DNA from: a virus
Virus record (IMG/VR): IMGVR_UViG_3300034103_001442
Coordinates: 1-64,000 of that record
Reading direction: 5' to 3' (one strand)
DNA length: 64,000 nt
Shown: one piece after another, positions 58,171 to 64,000 of the stretch
Layout: every line of letters starts with the position of its first letter
Numbering within the stretch: the first letter of the stretch is position 1
Position numbers and translations under genes: made by a program
Notes under the pieces: generated by a model
Databases searched by the model: none
Seen by the model: the letters and a program-made list of their open reading frames with translations, nothing else
Told to the model about the DNA's origin: nothing

Positions 58171-58585
58171 CTTCGATTAACCTCGGGAATGCTAGATTTA
58201 CTACTTTTTTGGTGATGCCCTTTGGGAGTTTTTTATCCTTCGCGGCAATGATGAGTTCTGCATCTTTTGGATTCAGCGACTCAAGCATATTAATGAAGAG
58301 CATTTCGCGTCTGAACTTCGTCAAACCGTCATTGCCCCCCTCTACAAACAAATAAAGACGTCTTGCTTCTGAATAAAGCATACCCTCAATATCAAGAGCC
58401 TCACAAGGCTTGTAAGGAGGTGCACCCTCAGGCAATGCCCACTTGATCGTTGAATCGAGGGCGAACTTTAAAACAGTTTGAAGCGCAGTGCTATCATGTT
58501 GTTGTAAATAGGCAGCACGCTCTTCAATCTTTTTCAAATTGGCTGCGTTTTCGATAATAGTCGATATTGGTAATTTTCTTGCCAT
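58163..58585 (-). CDS. Conserved T4-like hypothetical protein
   Basis: W.LPEGAPPYKP...L..E.R.LY.F..GG...L...RRE..FI..LE.L...DA......KDK family, usually found next to rnh. Confidence 0.8.
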   Translation of the reverse strand: MARKLPISTIIENAANLKKIEERAAYLQQHDSTALQTVLKFALDSTIKWALPEGAPPYKPCEALDIEGMLYSEARRLYLFVEGGNDGLTKFRREMLFINMLESLNPKDAELIIAAKDKKLPKGITKKVVNLAFPRLIEDE

Positions 58586-58586
58586 G

Positions 58587-59438
58587 TTAAAACTCATTAA
58601 TGTTTTCCAATAGATGTTTCAGTTTTTTCTCAACAAAATAGTTGAACAAATGTTGACGGTTCTTATTTGACTGACTATCATATTGTTCAATCACCCTGCT
58701 CTTAACTTCAGGGGGAGTAAAATTCAAGTCAATCAATTGTTGATTACGGTTGTAGTTGCGGAGCATACCTTCATCACAAAACTCTTCTGGCTTTTGGTTA
58801 ACCCAAAGGTCTAGTTTCTTTTGGCTCAGTGGCTTTTGACGACCGCCAACTACAAAGCAGTTGTCAGCACTGAGGAAGTTTGGGACACCGTCACCTGCAT
58901 CGCCTCGCATAATTTGTTCCTTCACAAAACGTGATGGGTCATTATGCTCAACAAACTTTTTACGAACTGGGTCATATTGCTTGACGTTCATGTAAGTCTG
59001 TAGTTGAACGAAATCTTTGTCGCCAGATAGGATCAAGATTTTTTCGTGAGTGTTACCAAACTTTTCTACAAGTGTGCCGATTACATCATCTGCTTCCGCG
59101 CCATCGGCTTGAATAACACGATACGGGAAGTAGAGTTTCAACTCTTCACGTATCTTATTTAGACTTTCAAAAACCACATTCCAATCAATTTCAGAAGCCT
59201 CTCGGGACTTTCTGCGATTCGCCTTGTAGTAAGGGTAGACCTCACGACGCCAGTAGTGGCGATCATCACAGGCAATGACAACCTCACCATATTCATTTTT
59301 GAACTTCTTAATGTATGAACGGATACAGTTGAGAATCATATGCCGTAGCAAATCCTCTTCAACCTTTACGTTGGTGTGATTACCAATTTGCGACATAAAA
59401 GTCGAAATCATAACCTGATTCAAGTCAATGATCATCAT
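58587..59438 (-). CDS. rnh: RNase H / 5'-3' exonuclease (T4 rnh)
   Basis: IDLNQ...RHMILN...ACD...YWRR..YPYYKANR...EADD.IG...ILSGDKDFVQLQ...GDAGDGVPN...RN..LIDL. Confidence 0.95.
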   Translation of the reverse strand: MMIIDLNQVMISTFMSQIGNHTNVKVEEDLLRHMILNCIRSYIKKFKNEYGEVVIACDDRHYWRREVYPYYKANRRKSREASEIDWNVVFESLNKIREELKLYFPYRVIQADGAEADDVIGTLVEKFGNTHEKILILSGDKDFVQLQTYMNVKQYDPVRKKFVEHNDPSRFVKEQIMRGDAGDGVPNFLSADNCFVVGGRQKPLSQKKLDLWVNQKPEEFCDEGMLRNYNRNQQLIDLNFTPPEVKSRVIEQYDSQSNKNRQHLFNYFVEKKLKHLLENINEF

Positions 59439-59448
59439 AAAATTAAAA

Positions 59449-59826
59449 TCACTCCTGCTCTTCGTTCTCTTCCAACTCAGTAAACATTTCTGGAGAGAAA
59501 CTATAGGTCACACCAGTATCATCTTCATTATATATGAAAAACTGTTCAGCAATATCATGAAATGGATGATGTATTTTCATCATTTTGTGCATATGAGCGC
59601 GTATACATTCAATGAACATTGCATTTAACGTTTGTTGATCTGGGTGTGTTATATCAACGCCAACAGTGGACAAAATGTTAAGCATTTGAGGGGCAATTTC
59701 TTGAATTGTATTTTCAGCATGCTCAAGTCTAATCTTTTCAATTTTGTCTACAATTTCGTCTAACGTTTGTGGTGGGGCGTCTTCTTTCTTGCCCTTTGGA
59801 AACATTATGACATTATTTTTATTCAT
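59449..59826 (-). CDS. Hypothetical protein
   Basis: NVIMFP N-terminus, HPFH motif, acidic tail. Confidence 0.7.
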   Translation of the reverse strand: MNKNNVIMFPKGKKEDAPPQTLDEIVDKIEKIRLEHAENTIQEIAPQMLNILSTVGVDITHPDQQTLNAMFIECIRAHMHKMMKIHHPFHDIAEQFFIYNEDDTGVTYSFSPEMFTELEENEEQE

Positions 59827-60890
59827 TTGTTAACCTTTAACAAAATCGTTTGGTCGTTGATTCTGCCATTGGGTTTTATCGACTTTGTTGATAGGTTTGA
59901 TAACAATTTTCTTTGTACAATTTTACCACCAGCAAGCAGAGCCTTAATTGTTTCCTCTGGCTTTCTGAGAGTTTTTGTTTCTGAAGTCTCAACATCAAAC
60001 CCAACAAGTGTCGTTCCCTTGACAGAAAGTCCACTGCGACCGCTGCTGTAATATACAGTCAACTGTTTGTATTTAGTGTTGTAGACCCATAGGGATTCAG
60101 AACCGACAATATCAACTGGGTTGACACTGACCAACTTCAACTCTGTAAAGTTTTTCTGATACTTTAAATTCTTAACAAGATCAGTTGCGAGTTTTTCCTT
60201 CTTGGCTCTCGGTTTTCTGACCTTCGACCCACGCTTGTTTCCAATGTAACGATCACAATCATACACCAACTGGGTATAAAAGTCAAGCCACATTTTCAGT
60301 TTCTTACCGTAAGCCTCGGCAATTTGCGGGTCATCACCCTTCAAAAAGTTCAAGTGCTTTTCAAAATGCGCCTTGATCATATTGGCGACTTGAGGCGAAA
60401 TTTGGTTTTTGGTCAGGTAGTTGTAGGTGTCGAATGACCCACCCTTCATGACCACGTCAATCTCACTATCAATTTCACCAATGCGTTTGTCAGCGTTTTC
60501 TTTCACGCGCACCTGAATATCAACAACCTTTTTCTCTGCCTTAACCACTGATGGCTTTGCGGCAGCAGCGTTGTCATTAATCTTTCGGTGAAAATACTCC
60601 ATCAATTGGTCGCCAAACCTTGTGCCATTGAGCATCATTTTCGCCATCCAACAAATGGTTGTTGGCGTGCGCCAGTTTGGGGCTGTTCTAATAGACTCAG
60701 CAATTCCCGTTGGGTAGTGTTTCTTTAAATACTGGAGTAGCCATGGTTTACCCTTGTCAATGGTATACATGTAGTTGTACCAATTGAGGGCATGAATCAA
60801 CCTGCTATCTGTAGAGTCAGTGATTGTGTCAAGTATAATCGGTTCATCGCCGAGGCACTGCTGTTCGATCGACTTTGTATTTTTCATCAT
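59823..60890 (-). CDS. Conserved T4-like hypothetical protein
   Basis: ALNWYNY...LVS.NP..IVG...LWVYNTK...L..Y......LSVKGTT..GFD......LRKPE...NGRIN...ILL. Start moved to ATG 60890 because 60898-60926 is a promoter. Confidence 0.8.
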   Translation of the reverse strand: MMKNTKSIEQQCLGDEPIILDTITDSTDSRLIHALNWYNYMYTIDKGKPWLLQYLKKHYPTGIAESIRTAPNWRTPTTICWMAKMMLNGTRFGDQLMEYFHRKINDNAAAAKPSVVKAEKKVVDIQVRVKENADKRIGEIDSEIDVVMKGGSFDTYNYLTKNQISPQVANMIKAHFEKHLNFLKGDDPQIAEAYGKKLKMWLDFYTQLVYDCDRYIGNKRGSKVRKPRAKKEKLATDLVKNLKYQKNFTELKLVSVNPVDIVGSESLWVYNTKYKQLTVYYSSGRSGLSVKGTTLVGFDVETSETKTLRKPEETIKALLAGGKIVQRKLLSNLSTKSIKPNGRINDQTILLKVNK

Positions 60891-60897
60891 ATTTCTT

Positions 60898-60926
60898 ATT
60901 CTATTTCTTTTTAGAAATAAAGTCAA
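60898..60926 (-). promoter_or_regulatory. Early/middle promoter TTGACT-17-TAGAAT with TTTATTTCTAAAA box
   Basis: Member of the promoter family; ATG lies 7 nt after the -10. Confidence 0.8.
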
Positions 60927-61489
60927 GCCCAGAGTTTCGCCCTGACATACTTGGCAATCATATGCATGACTGCTTGATGAACATCTTCAGTCGCTTCATA
61001 TTCTTGAATGTCGACGTGGACTACAAAATCAGCAGACTCCCAACATCTGCCCCCGACAAAGCCAGTGAGCGCCACAGTCAACATTCCTCGATTACGTGCA
61101 GCCTCAATTGCTTTGACCACGTTTGGCGAGTTACCACTGCTGCTGATAACAATTAACAGATCACCAACTTCACCTGCTCGCTCAATTTGATATGAGTAAA
61201 CATCATCATATGATATGTCATTTGCAATTGCAGTCATCAATGGGATGTTTGCTGACAATGAGTAAACCTGCGGAGCCAAACTTCCCTTTGAACAACCCTT
61301 GAAGTAATCACAAGCCCAGTGTTGAGCGATTGAGGCTGATGCACCATTGCCACAGGTGAAAATACGTTTGCGACCTTTGATTGCGTCGACAATAACATCA
61401 GCAGCCCTCTGAAACTCGCCAAGGTTGATTGAGTCCAGTCCATGTTCAATTAACTTTTTGTGATTGTCTAAAATCTCATTAATCTTCAT
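60923..61489 (-). CDS. gmhA: Phosphoheptose (sedoheptulose-7-P) isomerase, SIS domain
   Basis: IFTCGNGASA..AQH...D......TAIANDI.YD..YS.Q......GD.LI.ISSSGNSPNV..A...A......ALTGF.GG...EDVH...H. Confidence 0.88.
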   Translation of the reverse strand: MKINEILDNHKKLIEHGLDSINLGEFQRAADVIVDAIKGRKRIFTCGNGASASIAQHWACDYFKGCSKGSLAPQVYSLSANIPLMTAIANDISYDDVYSYQIERAGEVGDLLIVISSSGNSPNVVKAIEAARNRGMLTVALTGFVGGRCWESADFVVHVDIQEYEATEDVHQAVMHMIAKYVRAKLWA

Positions 61490-62414
61490 ATACAACCTTT
61501 GCTCCCTCTTCGGCGATGTTTATTTTCATCGCTCCTGTTTGTCTAAAGTGTTTTCTGGCTGCAGGGTGATCGGCGACTACCATTAGATAACCGCCTCCTC
61601 CTGCGCCGAGGAGTTTGCCGCCGATCGCACCCCTTTCCAGCGCATCGGCATATAGTTTGTCGATCTTATCATTAGAAACACCGCCATCAAGCATTTTCTT
61701 GATTTCCCAGCATTTTTTCAACTCAGAACCTAGTTGCTTGGGTGTTAAAAACTTATCTTTATTTCTCTTGGCGTATTCAGCCAACTCGCATATCAGGGCT
61801 GTTTTTTCATCAAAATTGATGGAGTTCAAGACCTTTGTCGAGTGCCTTTCAATTTTCGTTGGGACAAGGTACAGCGAGTCCAACTCACACAATTTCTGAA
61901 CCTTGGTTACGCTCGCAACACCCAAGTCTTTATACTCAATGTAGTTGAACCCACCAAACGCTGATGCATACTGGTCTTGATAACCGATTCGCCAGCCGCA
62001 CATGTTAATTTCAATATGACATGCGATTTGTGCAATTTTGTAGGCATCAACATCATACTCAAGGTAGCGACTGAGTGCGGCGACGAGGGCGCAAGTGAAT
62101 GCTGATGAACCGCCAAGCCCACTACCAATAGTAGGGATGTCGGCAAATGATGTAATTTCTATGTTTGACTTTATTCCGAAATAATTTAGAGCATTTCGGA
62201 CAATTTCATTTTGAATGTCATCAACTGAAGTGACAACCTCAAGTTTTGAATAAGTCAGTTTGATATGTGGCTGTGGTGTCCCAATAACCGATACGTAAAC
62301 GTATTTGTCAATGGCGGTTGATAGTGTGGCACCACCGTGTTTTAAAAAGTGGGCGGGGATATCGCTACCCCCACCAAAGAAACTAACCCTGAGTGGCGCC
62401 TTTGATAAGATCAC
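61479..62414 (-). CDS. hddA: D-glycero-alpha-D-manno-heptose-7-phosphate kinase (GHMP family)
   Basis: KAPLRVSFFGGGSD.P...AIDKYVY...DIP..GSGLGGSS...G.QDQYA.AFGG.N...GGKLLGAGGGG. Confidence 0.85.
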   Translation of the reverse strand: MILSKAPLRVSFFGGGSDIPAHFLKHGGATLSTAIDKYVYVSVIGTPQPHIKLTYSKLEVVTSVDDIQNEIVRNALNYFGIKSNIEITSFADIPTIGSGLGGSSAFTCALVAALSRYLEYDVDAYKIAQIACHIEINMCGWRIGYQDQYASAFGGFNYIEYKDLGVASVTKVQKLCELDSLYLVPTKIERHSTKVLNSINFDEKTALICELAEYAKRNKDKFLTPKQLGSELKKCWEIKKMLDGGVSNDKIDKLYADALERGAIGGKLLGAGGGGYLMVVADHPAARKHFRQTGAMKINIAEEGAKVVYED

Positions 62415-63372
62415 GATGCTCTGCCTTTAGTGCTGCAATCATTGATTTCCATTTGTGAATTACTGTCGTCCATGAAAATCTTGCATCAGCGTATGATTTC
62501 ACAAATGATAACCAGTTTGTCAAATCGTTATTTTGTACATTATCAATCGCATACATCAACGTGTGCGCAAACATATTAGCATGGGCGTTGATATCACTAT
62601 GATCACCGTCATATTGAACAGTCAACCCACCTGATGTATCAGTCAATGCTGAGAAGTTTGGATGTACAGATAAACAACCTGCTGACATCGCCTCAATAAG
62701 ACTACGGCAAGATGTTTCTGGCCAAATACATGGATAGGCGAAAATATGAGCACGCTGATATGCCTCACGGACTACATCATTAGATGCCCAACCGTGATAG
62801 TTGATTTGTGGGTGAGCCCTACAACGCTCGAACAATTCTTCAAATGGTTTGTTTCTTTGTTCCCATTCGCTACCATAAATTCCAAATGAGGAAAATACAT
62901 CCAACTCGATGTTTGGATATTTTTTAGCCAGAACTTCAAATACAGGAACAAGAATTTCAAGACCACGGTGGGGTGTTGAAGTGTAAATGAGTCTGATTTT
63001 GTCTTTTGGTTTGTTTGTAAATGAAATTGGCTCAACGCCAGTTTCGATCACGGTGCTTTGATGACTGTATGGAACGCCCAAGTAGTCACGGTACTGTTGA
63101 TACTGCCAGTTGGAAGAAAATACAAGTTTGTGAAAACGTTTGCGGCTTTCCTCTTCCTTCAAGTGGGCTGCTTCTGGATCAAGCGCCAAATCATGAAGGT
63201 GGTAAATTCGAATTTTATCCTGCTTCAGTTCGCGGACGCGAGCAGTAATAATTTGAACATTTTCGAGTTCTTCACGGTCTAAACGATCAAACAGATTTTT
63301 CGTTGTAAGTTCAGTGCCGCCCTGTGACTCTTTATTCAGTTCGTTCAATTCTATTAAGTCTTGATTTTTCAT
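62383..63372 (-). CDS. Glycosyltransferase (GT-B, GT4-like)
   Basis: GGTE...HD...S.WQ...IYTSTPHRGL..L...YP..W.ETSC...IEAMSAG (ExxxxxxxE motif); start ATG 63372 after AAGGA. Confidence 0.88.
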   Translation of the reverse strand: MKNQDLIELNELNKESQGGTELTTKNLFDRLDREELENVQIITARVRELKQDKIRIYHLHDLALDPEAAHLKEEESRKRFHKLVFSSNWQYQQYRDYLGVPYSHQSTVIETGVEPISFTNKPKDKIRLIYTSTPHRGLEILVPVFEVLAKKYPNIELDVFSSFGIYGSEWEQRNKPFEELFERCRAHPQINYHGWASNDVVREAYQRAHIFAYPCIWPETSCRSLIEAMSAGCLSVHPNFSALTDTSGGLTVQYDGDHSDINAHANMFAHTLMYAIDNVQNNDLTNWLSFVKSYADARFSWTTVIHKWKSMIAALKAEHRDLIKGATQG

Positions 63373-63673
63373 CAAAAAATTCCTTATCACTAAATGCCTT
63401 ATCATCTACCCAAACATCATAACTTGGTTTACCCATGCGGAGTTCATGATACAAAACTCCCCACTTGTCAAGTTGATTTCTTGTAATTCGGTATTGGTTT
63501 ATACCACTACCAGAACCTCGGGCAGTCCAGTAAATAATCGTATGACCATCGTGGTATAATGTATTTATGACCGCAATTCTTTCTTGAATCGGTTTTGATA
63601 ATTCATACGCTTGACGACCATCAACAGTTGGTGTATGACAAATTGTTTGGTCGATGTCAACTATGTAAATCAT
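63332..63673 (-). CDS. Small HAD phosphatase (capsule-biosynthesis-phosphatase-like)
   Basis: VDIDQTIC...IN.LY..GH.I.YWTARG...L..WG..YHEL.MGKP.YD..VDDKA. Confidence 0.85.
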   Translation of the reverse strand: MIYIVDIDQTICHTPTVDGRQAYELSKPIQERIAVINTLYHDGHTIIYWTARGSGSGINQYRITRNQLDKWGVLYHELRMGKPSYDVWVDDKAFSDKEFFDEKSRLNRIERTE

Positions 63674-63987
63674 GCGACAATATCCTCAACGGTGGGGTCA
63701 TGGTCAACAGTGACTGATGTGACGCTGTCAAGTCTGAATGCTCTCCAGTCGTTCTTATCCACATCCCAAACTGATAACACACTCTCATTTACCTTTCTTG
63801 GCTTTGCGTTTTCTTTCACCTCAACCTTTGGTAAAATATCCTCACGCAAAGTGCAGCGCATTTTTCTAAACTCGCCATTGATTTTGGTAAAAGAAACAAC
63901 GCAGATATGCTCTTGCAAATTTTCAAGCAATGATTTCATTAGTGACTCGCTGATTAAGTTTTGTCTTTGATATTCCAGTAGTTCCAT
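63670..63987 (-). CDS. SH3/Sm-like (WYL_2-type) T4-like protein
   Basis: V.FTK.NGE.R.MRCTL...VWDVDK..WR.FRLDSV. Confidence 0.8.
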   Translation of the reverse strand: MELLEYQRQNLISESLMKSLLENLQEHICVVSFTKINGEFRKMRCTLREDILPKVEVKENAKPRKVNESVLSVWDVDKNDWRAFRLDSVTSVTVDHDPTVEDIVA

Positions 63988-64000
63988 TGCATTTGCACAG

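Noticed and set aside
60891-60926. N-terminal 12 aa of ORF 59823..60926
   Set aside because: The TTG start is the -35 of a promoter; the likely start is ATG 60890.

Overview
64 kb segment of a large T4-like (Tevenvirinae-type) myovirus genome, AT-rich and almost entirely on the minus strand, with one plus-strand block (gp4-gp2-gp54-gp26-gp51-tape measure) driven by a palindromic late promoter. Positions 1-17 kb hold a cluster of modular tail-fibre genes. Positions 17-40 kb hold greatly enlarged baseplate genes (VrlC/DUF4815-like pair, gp8, gp7, gp6, gp25, gp5, gp27-like, gp53, gp48). Positions 44-64 kb hold replication/transcription genes (gp32, gp59, gp33, RNase H, exonuclease), auxiliary genes (carbamoyltransferase, SleB hydrolase, peroxiredoxin, GMP reductase, PstS plus a porin, PhoH, GmhA/HddA/glycosyltransferase/HAD sugar cluster) and small early genes behind repeated promoters. 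Six signals not in the ORF track stand out: (1) a circularly permuted two-piece tmRNA gene with tag ANDSNYDMALAA behind a late promoter; (2) gp51 has no ATG at its conserved N-terminus and opens exactly at a T-TTT-TTT slippery site at the end of gp26, directly upstream of the tape-measure gene, suggesting a lambda G/GT-type -1 frameshift in a T4-like phage; (3) TonB-box-like motifs on two tail/baseplate proteins; (4) N-x-S/T-rich fibres together with a heptose/glycosyltransferase cluster, suggesting virion glycosylation; (5) six promoters with a shared spacer box, five of which appear to make leaderless mRNAs; (6) structured leaders upstream of pstS and guaC. All protein calls come from motif recognition and synteny, without database searches. 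A proteobacterial host is inferred only.
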